Source of the DNA: Auanema rhodensis
Lineage: Eukaryota; Animalia; Nematoda
NCBI GenBank assembly: GCA_964057225.1
Contig: OZ059896.1
Coordinates: 1,178,001 to 1,242,000 of the forward strand
Reading direction: 5' to 3'
DNA length: 64,000 nucleotides
The notes beneath the pieces were generated by a model. It was not told the DNA's origin and did not search any database. It saw only the letters and a list, made by a program, of their open reading frames with translations. Position 1 is the stretch's first letter, and each line of letters starts with the position of its first letter. The translations under genes were made by a program, and so were the position numbers. Shown here piece by piece: positions 1-13,000 of the stretch.

Positions 1-100
1 CGATTTTCACCCTGAAGAATTAATTTTTTCGTTGAATAACATTGTCCATCGTTTTTGCCTTGAAAAAAGGAATCTAAAAACATCTACTTTTTGCTAAATT

Positions 101-135
101 ATTTTGAAATTTTTCGAAAAAATTTTTGTCAAAAT
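101..135. repeat. Imperfect palindrome centred on TTTTTCGAAAAA, present in most monomers
   Basis: ATTTTGA-AA-TTTTTCGAAAAA-ATTTTTG-TCAAAAT: a 12-bp perfect core and a 7-bp outer ATTTTGA/TCAAAAT pair. Confidence 0.88.
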
Positions 136-327
136 GTTTTTGGAAGCAATTTTGAGTGTACATGGAAACTCAACATACACTAATGCATCATTTTTCAAAC
201 GATCATAACTAATTTTTGTATTAAGCTTTTCTTAATGTAGTATAGTGCATTCGATGCGGATTTTTAAGCTGCTTCGATCTGTGTTATCAGATTTGCGCTA
301 GCTTAAAAATGCACCGAGATATCAACT

Positions 328-349
328 GATATAAGTTCACACTTATATC
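328..349. repeat. Perfect 9-bp inverted repeat with 4-nt loop, present in essentially every monomer
   Basis: GATATAAGT-TCAC-ACTTATATC. Confidence 0.95.
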
Positions 350-961
350 CTCGATTTTCACCCTGAAGAATTAATTTTTTCGTTGAATAACATTGTCCAT
401 CGTTTTTGCCTTGGAAGAAGGAATCTAAAAACATCTACTTTTTGCTAAATTATTTTGAAATTTTTCGAAAAAATTTTTGTCAAAATGTTTTTGGAAGCAA
501 TTTTGAGTGTACATGGAAACTCAACATACACTAATGCATCATTTTTCAAACGATCATAACTAATTTTTGTATTAAGCTTTCCTCAATGTAATATAGTGCA
601 TTCGATGCGGAGTTTTAAGCTGCGTCGATCTGTGTTATCAGATTTGCGCTAGCTTAAAAATGCACCTAGATATCATCTGATATAAGTTCACACTTATATC
701 CTCGATTTTCACCCTGAAGAATTAATTTTTTCGTTGAATAACATTGTCCATCGTTTTTGCCTTGAAAAAAGGAATCTAAAAACATCTACTTTTTGCTAAA
801 TTATTTTGAAATTTTTCGAAAAAATTTTTGTCAAAATGTTTTTGGAAGCAATTTTGAGTGTACATGGAAACTCAACATACACTAATGCATCATTTTTCAA
901 ACGATCATAACTAATTTTTGTGATGAGCGTTTCTCCATGTAGTATAATGCATTCGATGCGG

Positions 962-1012
962 ATTTTTAAGCTGCGTCGATCTGTGTTATCAGATTTGCGC
1001 TAGCTTAAAAAT
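962..1012. repeat. Imperfect 51-bp inverted repeat present in every monomer (pos 260-310)
   Basis: ATTTTTAAGCT-GCG-TCG-ATCTG-[TGTTAT]-CAGAT-TTG-CGC-T-AGCTTAAAAAT: an 11-bp outer stem plus GCG/CGC and ATCTG/CAGAT inner stems. Confidence 0.9.
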
Positions 1013-4000
1013 GCACCGAGATATCAACTGATATAAGTTCACACTTATATCCTCGATTTTCACCCTGAAGAATTAATTTTTTCGTTGAATAACATTGTCC
1101 ATCGTTTTTGCCTTGAAAGAAGGAATCTAAAAACATCTACTTTTTGCTAAATTATTTTGAAATTTTTCGAAAAAATTTTTGTCAAAATGTTTTTGGAAGC
1201 AATTTTGAGTGTACATGGAAACTCAACATACACTAATGCATCATTTTTCAAACGATCATAACTAATTTTTGTATTAAGCTTTCCTCAATGTAATATAGTG
1301 CATTCGATGCGGATTTTTAAGCTGCGTCGATCTGTGTTATCAGATTTGCGCTAGCTTAAAAATGCACCTAGATATCATCTGATATAAGTTCACACTTATA
1401 TCCTCGATTTTCACCCTGAAGAATTAATTTTTTCGTTGAATAACATTGTCCATCGTTTTTGCCTTGAAAAAAGGAATCTAAAAACATCTACTTTTTGCTA
1501 AATTATTTTGAAATTTTTCGAAAAAATTTTTGTCAAAATGTTTTTGGAAGCAATTTTGAGTGTACATGGAAACTCAACATACACTAATGCATCATTTTTC
1601 AAACAATCATAACTAATTTTTGTATTAAGCTTTCCTCAATGTAATATAGTGCATTCGATGCGGAGTTTTAAGCTGCGTCGATCTGTGTTATTAGATTTGC
1701 GCTAGCTTAAAAATGCACCGAGATATCAACTGATATAAGTTCACACTTATATCCTCGATTTTCACCCTGAAGAATTAATTTTTTCGTTGAATAACATTGT
1801 CCATCGTTTTTGCCTTGAAAAAAGGAATCTAAAAACATCTACTTTTTGCTAAATTATTTTGAAATTTTTCGAAAAAATTTTTGTCAAAATGTTTTTGGAA
1901 GCAATGTTGAGTGTACATGGAAACTCAACATACACTAATGCATCATTTTTCAAACGATCATAACTAATTTTTGTGATGAGCGTTTCTCCATGTAGTATAA
2001 TGCATTCGATGCGGATTTTTAAGCTGCGTCGATCTGTGTTATCAGATTTGCGCTAGCTTAAAAATGCACCGAGATATCAACTGATATAAGTTCACACTTA
2101 TATCCTCGATTTTCACCCTGAAGAATTAATTTTTTCGTTGAATAACATTGTCCATCGTTTTTGCCTTGAAAGAAGGAATCTAAAAACATCTACTTTTTGC
2201 TAAATTATTTTGAAATTTTTCGAAAAAATTTTTGTCAAAATGTTTTTGGAAGCAATTTTGAGTGTACATGGAAACTCAACATACACTAATGCATCATTTT
2301 TCAAACGATCATAACTAATTTTTGTATTAAGCTTTCCTCAATGTAATATAGTGCATTCGATGCGGATTTTTAAGCTGCGTCGATCTGTGTTATCAGATTT
2401 GCGCTAGCTTAAAAATGCACCTAGATATCATCTGATATAAGTTCACACTTATATCCTCGATTTTCACCCTGAAGAATTAATTTTTTCGTTGAATAACATT
2501 GTCCATCGTTTTTGCCTTGAAAAAAGGAATCTAAAAACATCTACTTTTTGCTAAATTATTTTGAAATTTTTCGAAAAAATTTTTGTCAAAATGTTTTTGG
2601 AAGCAATGTTGAGTGTACATGGAAACTCAACATACACTAATGCATCATTTTTCAAACGATCATAACTAATTTTTGTATTAAGCTTTTCTCAATGTAATAT
2701 AGTGCATTCGATGCGGTTTTTTAAGCTGCGTCGATCTGTGTTATCAGATTTGCGCTAGCTTAAAAATGCACCGAGATATTAACTGATATAAGTTCACACT
2801 TATATCCTCGATTTTCACCCTGAAGAATTAATTTTTTCGTTGAATAACATTGTACATCGTTTTTGCCTTGAAAGAAGGAATCTAAAAACATCTACTTTTT
2901 GCTAAATTATTTTGAAATTTTTCGAAAAAATTTTTGTCAAAATGTTTTTGGAAGCAATTTTGAGTGTACATGGAAACTCAACATACACTAATGCATCATT
3001 TTTCAAACAATCATAACTAATTTTTGTATTAAGCTTTCCTCAATGTAATATAGTGCATTCGATGCGGAGTTTTAAGCTGCGTCGATCTGTGTTATTAGAT
3101 TTGCGCTAGCTTAAAAATGCACCGAGATATCAACTGATATAAGTTCACACTTATATCCTCGATTTTCACCCTGAAGAATTAATTTTTTCGTTGAATAACA
3201 TTGTCCATCGTTTTTGCCTTGAAAAAAGGAATCTAAAAACATCTACTTTTTGCTAAATTATTTTGAAATTTTTCGAAAAAATTTTTGTCAAAATGTTTTT
3301 GGAAGCAATGTTGAGTGTACATGGAAACTCAACATACACTAATGCATCATTTTTCAAACGATCATAACTAATTTTTGTGATGAGCGTTTCTCCATGTAGT
3401 ATAATGCATTCGATGCGGATTTTTAAGCTGCGTCGATCTGTGTTATCAGATTTGCGCTAGCTTAAAAATGCACCGAGATATCAACTGATATAAGTTCACA
3501 CTTATATCCTCGATTTTCACCCTGAAGAATTAATTTTTTCGTTGAATAACATTGTCCATCGTTTTTGCCTTGAAAGAAGGAATCTAAAAACATCTACTTT
3601 TTGCTAAATTATTTTGAAATTTTTCGAAAAAATTTTTGTCAAAATGTTTTTGGAAGCAATGTTGAGTGTACATGGAAACTCAACATACACTAATGCATCA
3701 TTTTTCAAACGATCATAACTAATTTTTGTATTAAGCTTTTCTCAATGTAATATAGTGCATTCGATGCGGTTTTTTAAGCTGCGTCGATCTGTGTTATCAG
3801 ATTTGCGCTAGCTTAAAAATGCACCGAGATATTAACTGATATAAGTTCACACTTATATCCTCGATTTTCACAATGAAGAATTAATTTTTTCGTTGAATAA
3901 CATTGTCCATCGTTTTTGCCTCAAAAAAAGGAATCTAAAAACATCTACTTTTTGCGAAATTATTTTGAAATTTTTCGAAAAAATTTTGTCAAAATGTTTT

Positions 4001-7000
4001 TGGAAGCAATGTTGAGTGTACATGGAAACTCAACATACACTAATGCATCATTTTTCAAACGATCATAACTAATTTTTGTGATGAGCGTTTCTCCATGTAG
4101 TATAATGCATTCGATGCGGATTTTTAAGCTGCGTCGATCTGTGTTATCAGATTTGCGCTAGCTTAAAAATGCACCGAGATATCAACTGATATAAGTTCAC
4201 ACTTATATCCTCGATTTTCACCCTGAAGAATTAATTTTTTCGTTGAATAACATTGTCCATCGTTTTTGCCTTGAAAGAAGGAATCTAAAAACATCTACTT
4301 TTTGCTAAATTATTTTGAAATTTTTCGAAAAAATTTTTGTCAAAATGTTTTTGGAAGCAATTTTGAGTGTACATGGAAACTCAACATACACTAATGCATC
4401 ATTTTTCAAACGATCATAACTAATTTTTGTATTAAGCTTTTCTCAATGTAATATAGTGCATTCGATGCGGACTTTTAAGCTGCGTCGATCTGTGTTATCA
4501 GATTTGCGCTAGCTTAAAAATGCACCGAGATATTAACTGATATAAGTTCACACTTATATCCTCGATTTTCACCCTGAAGAATTAATTTTTTCGTTGAATA
4601 ACATTGTACATCGTTTTTGCCTTGAAAGAAGGAATCTAAAAACATCTACTTTTTGCTAAATTATTTTGAAATTTTTCGAAAAAATTTTTGTCAAAATGTT
4701 TTTGGAAGCAATTTTGAGTGTACATGGAAACTCAACATACACTAATGCATCATTTTTCAAACAATCATAACTAATTTTTGTATTAAGCTTTCCTCAATGT
4801 AATATAGTGCATTCGATGCGGAGTTTTAAGCTGCGTCGATCTGTGTTATTAGATTTGCGCTAGCTTAAAAATGCACCGAGATATCAACTGATATAAGTTC
4901 ACACTTATATCCTCGATTTTCACCCTGAAGAATTAATTTTTTCGTTGAATAACATTGTCCATCGTTTTTGCCTTGAAAAAAGGAATCTAAAAACATCTAC
5001 TTTTTGCTAAATTATTTTGAAATTTTTCGAAAAAATTTTTGTCAAAATGTTTTTGGAAGCAATGTTGAGTGTACATGGAAACTCAACATACACTAATGCA
5101 TCATTTTTCAAACGATCATAACTAATTTTTGTGATGAGCGTTTCTCCATGTAGTATAATGCATTCGATGCGGATTTTTAAGCTGCGTCGATCTGTGTTAT
5201 CAGATTTGCGCTAGCTTAAAAATGCACCGAGATATCAACTGATATAAGTTCACACTTATATCCTCGATTTTCACCCTGAAGAATTAATTTTTTCGTTGAA
5301 TAACATTGTCCATCGTTTTTGCCTTGAAAGAAGGAATCTAAAAACATCTACTTTTTGCTAAATTATTTTGAAATTTTTCGAAAAAATTTTTGTCAAAATG
5401 TTTTTGGAAGCAATTTTGAGTGTACATGGAAACTCAACATACACTAATGCATCATTTTTCAAACGATCATAACTAATTTTTGTATTAAGCTTTCCTCAAT
5501 GTAATATAGTGCATTCGATGCGGATTTTTAAGCTGCGTCGATCTGTGTTATCAGATTTGCGCTAGCTTAAAAATGCACCTAGATATCATCTGATATAAGT
5601 TCACACTTATATCCTCGATTTTCACCCTGAAGAATTAATTTTTTCGTTGAATAACATTGTCCATCGTTTTTGCCTTGAAAAAAGGAATCTAAAAACATCT
5701 ACTTTTTGCTAAATTATTTTGAAATTTTTCGAAAAAATTTTTGTCAAAATGTTTTTGGAAGCAATGTTGAGTGTACATGGAAACTCAACATACACTAATG
5801 CATCATTTTTCAAACGATCATAACTAATTTTTGTATTAAGCTTTTCTCAATGTAATATAGTGCATTCGATGCGGTTTTTTAAGCTGCGTCGATCTGTGTT
5901 ATCAGATTTGCGCTAGCTTAAAAATGCACCGAGATATTAACTGATATAAGTTCACACTTATATCCTCGATTTTCACCCTGAAGAATTAATTTTTTCGTTA
6001 AATAACATTGTCCATCGTTTCTGCCTCAAAAAAAGGAATCTAAAAACATCTACTTTTTGCGAAATTATTTTGAAATTTTTCGAAAAAATTTTGTCAAAAT
6101 GTTTTTGGAAGCAATGTTGAGTGTACATGGAAACTCAACATACACTAATGCATCATTTTTCAAACGATCATAACTAATTTTTGTGATGAGCGTTTCTCCA
6201 TGTAGTATAATGCATTCGATGCGGATTTTTAAGCTGCGTCGATCTGTGTTATCAGATTTGCGCTAGCTTAAAAATGCACCGAGATATCAACTGATATAAG
6301 TTCACACTTATATCCTCGATTTTCACCCTGAAGAATTAATTTTTTCGTTGAATAACATTGTCCATCGTTTTTGCCTTGAAAGAAGGAATCTAAAAACATC
6401 TACTTTTTGCTAAATTATTTTGAAATTTTTCGAAAAAATTTTTGTCAAAATGTTTTTGGAAGCAATTTTGAGTGTACATGGAAACTCAACATACACTAAT
6501 GCATCATTTTTCAAACGATCATAACTAATTTTTGTATTAAGCTTTTCTCAATGTAGTATAGTGCATTCGATGCGGACTTTTAAGCTGCGTCGATCTGTGT
6601 TATCAGATTTGCGCTAGCTTAAAAATGCACCGAGATATTAACTGATATAAGTTCACACTTATATCCTCGATTTTCACCCTGAAGAATTAATTTTTTCGTT
6701 GAATAACATTGTACATCGTTTTTGCCTTGAAAGAAGGAATCTAGAAACATCTACTTTTTGCTAAATTATTTTGAAATTTTTCGAAAAAATTTTTGTCAAA
6801 ATGTTTTTGGAAGCAATTTTGAGTGTACATGGAAACTCAACATACACTAATGCATCATTTTTCAAACGATCATAACTAATTTTTGTATTAAGCTTTTCTC
6901 CATGTAGTATAATGCATTCGATGCTGATTTTTAAGCTGCGTCGATCTGTGTTATCAGATTTGCGCTAGCTTAAAAATGCACCGAGATATCAACTGATATA

Positions 7001-10000
7001 AGTTCACACTTATATCCTCGATTTTCACCCTGAAGAATTAATTTTTTCGTTGAATAACATTGTCCATCGTTTTTGCCTTGAAAGAAGGAATCTAAAAACA
7101 TCTACTTTTTGCTAAATTATTTTGAAATTTTTCGAAAAAATTTTTGTCAAAATGTTTTTGGAAGCAATTTTGAGTGTACATGGAAACTCAACATACACTA
7201 ATGCATCATTTTTCAAACGATCATAACTAATTTTTGTGATGAGGGTTTCTCCATGTAGTATAATGCATTCGATGCGGATTTTTAAGCTGCGTCGATCTGT
7301 GTTATCAGATTTGCGCTAGCTTAAAAATGCACCGAGATATCAACTGATATAAGTTCACACTTATATCCTCGATTTTCACCCTGAAGAATTAATTTTTTCG
7401 TTGAATAACATTGTCCATCGTTTTTGCCTTGAAAGAAGGAATCTAAAAACATCTACTTTTTGCTAAATTATTTTGAAATTTTTCGAAAAAATTTTTGTCA
7501 AAATGTTTTTGGAAGCAATTTTGAGTGTACATGGAAACTCAACATACACTAATGCATCATTTTTCAAACGATCATAACTAATTTTTGTATTAAGCTTTTC
7601 ATCATGTAGTATAATGCATTCGATGCGGATTTTTAAGCTGCGTCGATCTGTGTTATCAGATTTGCGCTAGCTTAAAAATGCACCGAGATATTAACTGATA
7701 TAAGTTCACACTTATATCCTCGATTTTCACCCTGAAGAATTAATTTTTTCGTTGAATAACATTGTCCATCGTTTTTGCCTCAAAAAAAGGAATCTAAAAA
7801 CATCTACTTTTTGCGAAATTATTTTGAAATTTTTCGAAAAAATTTTGTCAAAATGTTTTTGGAAGCAATGTTGAGTGTACATGGAAACTCAACATACACT
7901 AATGCATCATTTTTCAAACGATCATAACTAATTTTTGTGATGAGCGTTTCTCCATGTAGTATAATGCATTCGATGCGGATTTTTAAGCTGCGTCGATCTG
8001 TGTTATCAGATTTGCGCTAGCTTAAAAATGCACCGAGATATCAACTGATATAAGTTCACACTTATATCCTCGATTTTCACCCTGAAGAATTAATTTTTTC
8101 GTTGAATAACATTGTCCATCGTTTTTGCCTTGAAAGAAGGAATCTAAAAACATCTACTTTTTGCTAAATTATTTTGAAATTTTTCGAAAAAATTTTTGTC
8201 AAAATGTTTTTGGAAGCAATTTTGAGTGTACATGGAAACTCAACATACACTAATGCATCATTTTTCAAACGATCATAACTAATTTTTGTATTAAGCTTTT
8301 CTCAATGTAGTATAGTGCATTCGATGCGGACTTTTAAGCTGCGTCGATCTGTGTTATCAGATTTGCGCTAGCTTAAAAATGCACCGAGATATTAACTGAT
8401 ATAAGTTCACACTTATATCCTCGATTTTCACCCTGAAGAATTAATTTTTTCGTTGAATAACATTGTACATCGTTTTTGCCTTGAAAGAAGGAATCTAAAA
8501 ACATCTACTTTTTGCTAAATTATTTTGAAATTTTTCGAAAAAATTTTTGTCAAAATGTTTTTGGAAGCAATTTTGAGTGTACATGGAAACTCAACATACA
8601 CTAATGCATCATTTTTCAAACAATCATAACTAATTTTTGTGATGAGCGTTTCTCCATGTAGTATAATGCATTCGATGCGGATTTTTAAGCTGCGTCGATC
8701 TGTGTTATCAGATTTGCGCTAGCTTAAAAATGCACCGAGATATCAACTGATATAAGTTCACACTTATATCCTCGATTTTCACCCTGAAGAATTAATTTTT
8801 TCGTTGAATAACATTGTCCATCGTTTTTGCCTTGAAAAAAGGAATCTAAAAACATCTACTTTTTGCTAAATTATTTTGAAATTTTTCGAAAAAATTTTTG
8901 TCAAAATGTTTTTGGAAGCAATGTTGAGTGTACATGGAAACTCAACATACACTAATGCATCATTTTTCAAACGATCATAACTAATTTTTGTGATGAGCGT
9001 TTCTCCATGTAGTATAATGCATTCGATGCGGATTTTTAAGCTGCGTCGATCTGTGTTATCAGATTTGCGCTAGCTTAAAAATGCACCGAGATATCAACTG
9101 ATATAAGTTCACACTTATATCCTCGATTTTCACCCTGAAGAATTAATTTTTTCGTTGAATAACATTGTCCATCGTTTTTGCCTTGAAAGAAGGAATCTAA
9201 AAACATCTACTTTTTGCTAAATTATTTTGAAATTTTTCGAAAAAATTTTGTCAAAATGTTTTTGGAAGCAATGTTGAGTGTACATGGAAACTCAACATAC
9301 ACTAATGCATCATTTTTCAAACGATCATAACTAATTTTTGTGATGAGCGTTTCTCCATGTAGTATAATGCATTCGATGCGGATTTTTAAGCTGCGTCGAT
9401 CTGTGTTATCAGATTTGCGCTAGCTTAAAAATGCACCGAGATATCAACTGATATAAGTTCACACTTATATCCTCGATTTTCACCCTGAAGAATTAATTTT
9501 TTCGTTGAATAACATTGTCCATCGTTTTTGCCTCAAAAAAAGGAATCTAAAAACATCTACTTTTTGCAAAATTATTTTGAAATTTTTCGAAAAAATTTTG
9601 TCAAAATGTTTTTGGAAGCAATGTTGAGTGTACATGGAAACTCAACATACACTAATGCATCATTTTTCAAACGATCATAACTAATTTTTGTGATGAGCGT
9701 TTCTCCATGTAGTATAATGCATTCGATGCGGATTTTTAAGCTGCGTCGATCTGTGTTATCAGATTTGCGCTAGCTTAAAAATGCACCGAGATATCAACTG
9801 ATATAAGTTCACACTTATATCCTCGATTTTCACCCTGAAGAATTAATTTTTTCGTTGAATAACATTGCCCATCGTTTTTGCCTTGAAAGAAGGAATCTAA
9901 AAACATCTACTTTTTGCTAAATTATTTTGAAATTTTTCGAAAAAATTTTTGTCAAAATGTTTTTGGAAGCAATTTTGAGTGTACATGGAAACTCAACATA

Positions 10001-13000
10001 CACTAATGCATCATTTTTCAAACGATCATAACTAATTTTTGTATTAAGCTTTTCTTAATGTTGTATAGTGCATTCGATGCGGACTTTTAAGCTGCGTCGA
10101 TCTGTGTTATCAGATTTGCGCTAGCTTAAAAATGCACCGAGATATCAACTGATATAAGTTCACACTTATATCCTCGATTTTCACCCTGAAGAATTAATTT
10201 TTTCGTTGAATAACATTGTCCATCGTTTTTGCCTTGAAAAAAGGAATCTAAAAACATCTACTTTTTGCTAAATTATTTTGAAATTTTTCGAAAAAATTTT
10301 TGTCAAAATGTTTTTGGAAGCAATGTTGAGTGTACATGGAAACTCAACATACACTAATGCATCATTTTTCAAACGATCATAACTAATTTTTGTATTAAGC
10401 TTTTCTCAATGTAATATAGTGCATTCGATGCGGTTTTTTAAGCTGCGTCGATCTGTGTTATCAGATTTGCGCTAGCTTAAAAATGCACCGAGATATTAAC
10501 TGATATAAGTTCACACTTATATCCTCGATTTTCACCCTGAAGAATTAATTTTTTCGTTGAATAACATTGTCCATCGTTTTTGCCTCAAAAAAAGGAATCT
10601 AAAAACATCTACTTTTTGCAAAATTATTTTGAAATTTTTCGAAAAAATTTTGTCAAAATGTTTTTGGAAGCAATGTTGAGTGTACATGGAAACTCAACAT
10701 ACACTAATGCATCATTTTTCAAACGATCATAACTAATTTTTGTGATGAGCGTTTCTCCATGTAGTATAATGCATTCGATGCGGATTTTTAAGCTGCGTCG
10801 ATCTGTGTTATCAGATTTGCGCTAGCTTAAAAATGCACCGAGATATCAACTGATATAAGTTCACACTTATATCCTCGATTTTCACCCTGAAGAATTAATT
10901 TTTTCGTTGAATAACATTGCCCATCGTTTTTGCCTTGAAAAAAGGAATCTAAAAACATCTACTTTTTGCTAAATTATTTTGAAATTTTTCGAAAAAATTT
11001 TTGTCAAAATGTTTTTGGAAGCAATTTTGAGTGTACATGGAAACTCAACATACACTAATGCATCATTTTTCAAACGATCATAACTAATTTTTGTATTAAG
11101 CTTTTCTTAATGTAGTATAGTGCATTCGATGCGGACTTTTAAGCTGCGTCGATCTGTGTTATCAGATTTGCGCTAGCTTAAAAATGCACCGAGATATCAA
11201 CTGATATAAGTTCACACTTATATCCTCGATTTTCACCCTGAAGAATTAATTTTTTCGTTGAATAACATTGTCCATCGTTTTTGCCTTGAAAAAAGGAATC
11301 TAAAAACATCTACTTTTTGCTAAATTATTTTGAAATTTTTCGAAAAAATTTTTGTCAAAATGTTTTTGGAAGCAATTTTGAGTGTACATGGAAACTCAAC
11401 ATACACTAATGTATCATTTTTCAAACAATCATAACTAATTTTTGTATTAAGCTTTCCTCAATGTAATATAGTGCATTCGATGCGGATTTTTAAGCTGCGT
11501 CGATCTGTGTTATCAGATTTGCGCTAGCTTAAAAATGCACCGAGATATCAACTGATATAAGTTCACACTTATATCCTCGATTTTCACCCTGAAGAATTAA
11601 TTTTTTCGTTGAATAACATTGTCCATCGTTTTTGCCTTGAAAAAAGGAATCTAAAAACATCTACTTTTTGCTAAATTATTTTGAAATTTTTCGAAAAAAT
11701 TTTTGTCAAAATGTTTTTGGAAGCAATTTTGAGTGTACATGGAAACTCAACATACACTAATGCATCATTTTTCAAACGATCATAACTAATTTTTGTATTG
11801 AGCGTTTCTTAATGTATTATAGTGCATTCGATGCGGATTTTTAAGCTGCTTCGATCTGTGTTATCAGATTTGCGCTAGCTTAAAAATGCACCGAGATATC
11901 AACTGATATAAGTTCACACTTATATCCTCGATTTTCACCCTGAAGAATTAATTTTTTCGTTGAATAACATTGTCCATCGTTTTTGCCTCGAAAAAAGGAA
12001 TCTAAAAACATCTACTTTTTGCTAAATTATTTTGAAATTTTTCGAAAAAATTTTTGTCAAAATGTTTTTGGAAGCAATTTTGAGTGTACATGGAAACTCA
12101 ACATACACTAATGCATCATTTTTCAAACGATCATAACTAATTTTTGTATTAAGCTTTTCTTAATGTAGTATAGTGCATTCGATGCGGACTTTTAAGCTGC
12201 GTCGATCTATGTTATCAGATTTGCGCTAGCTTAAAAATGCACCGAGATATTAACTGATATAAGTTCACACTTATATCCTCGATTTTCACCCTGAAGAATT
12301 AATTTTTTCGTTGAATAACATTGTCCATCATTTTTGCCTCAAAAAAAGGAATCTAAAAACATCTACTTTTTGCGAAATTATTTTGAAATTTTTCGAAAAA
12401 ATTTTGTCAAAATGTTTTTGGAAGCAATGTTGAGTGTACATGGAAACTCAACATACACTAATGCATCATTTTTCAAACGATCATAACTAATTTTTGTGAT
12501 GAGCGTTTCTCCATGTAGTATAATGCATTCGATGCGGATTTTTAAGCTGCGTCGATCTGTGTTATCAGATTTGCGCTAGCTTAAAAATGCACCGAGATAT
12601 CAACTGATATAAGTTCACACTTATATCCTCGATTTTCACCCTGAAGAATTAATTTTTTCGTTGAATAACATTGTCCATCGTTTTTGCCTTGAAAGAAGGA
12701 ATCTAAAAACATCTACTTTTTGCTAAATTATTTTGAAATTTTTCGAAAAAATTTTTGTCAAAATGTTTTTGGAAGCAATTTTGAGTGTACATGGAAACTC
12801 AACATACACTAATGCATCATTTTTCAAACGATCATAACTAATTTTTGTATTAAGCTTTTCTTAATGTAGTATAGTGCATTCGATGCGGACTTTTAAGCTG
12901 CGTCGATCTATGTTATCAGATTTGCGCTAGCTTAAAAATGCACCGAGATATTAACTGATATAAGTTCACACTTATATCCTCGATTTTCACCCTGAAGAAT

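Larger units (their letters stand above)
1..351 (+). repeat. Representative 351-bp monomer (~70% AT, many A/T tracts, 10-11 CpG)
   Basis: First full period. Hand count gives 105 G+C in 351 bp (55 C, 50 G). Confidence 0.98.

Noticed and set aside
1-351. Assignment to a named satellite (e.g. Drosophila 359-bp 1.688 family or ~350-bp beetle satellites)
   Set aside because: Length and AT content are similar, but I recognise no sequence match and cannot run a search.
1-351. Internal ~175-bp dimer substructure of the monomer
   Set aside because: The two halves show no convincing alignment by eye beyond A/T tracts.
940-950. TATAAT as a bacterial -10 promoter, and hairpins as terminators
   Set aside because: These are chance motifs in AT-rich repetitive DNA with no genes to regulate.
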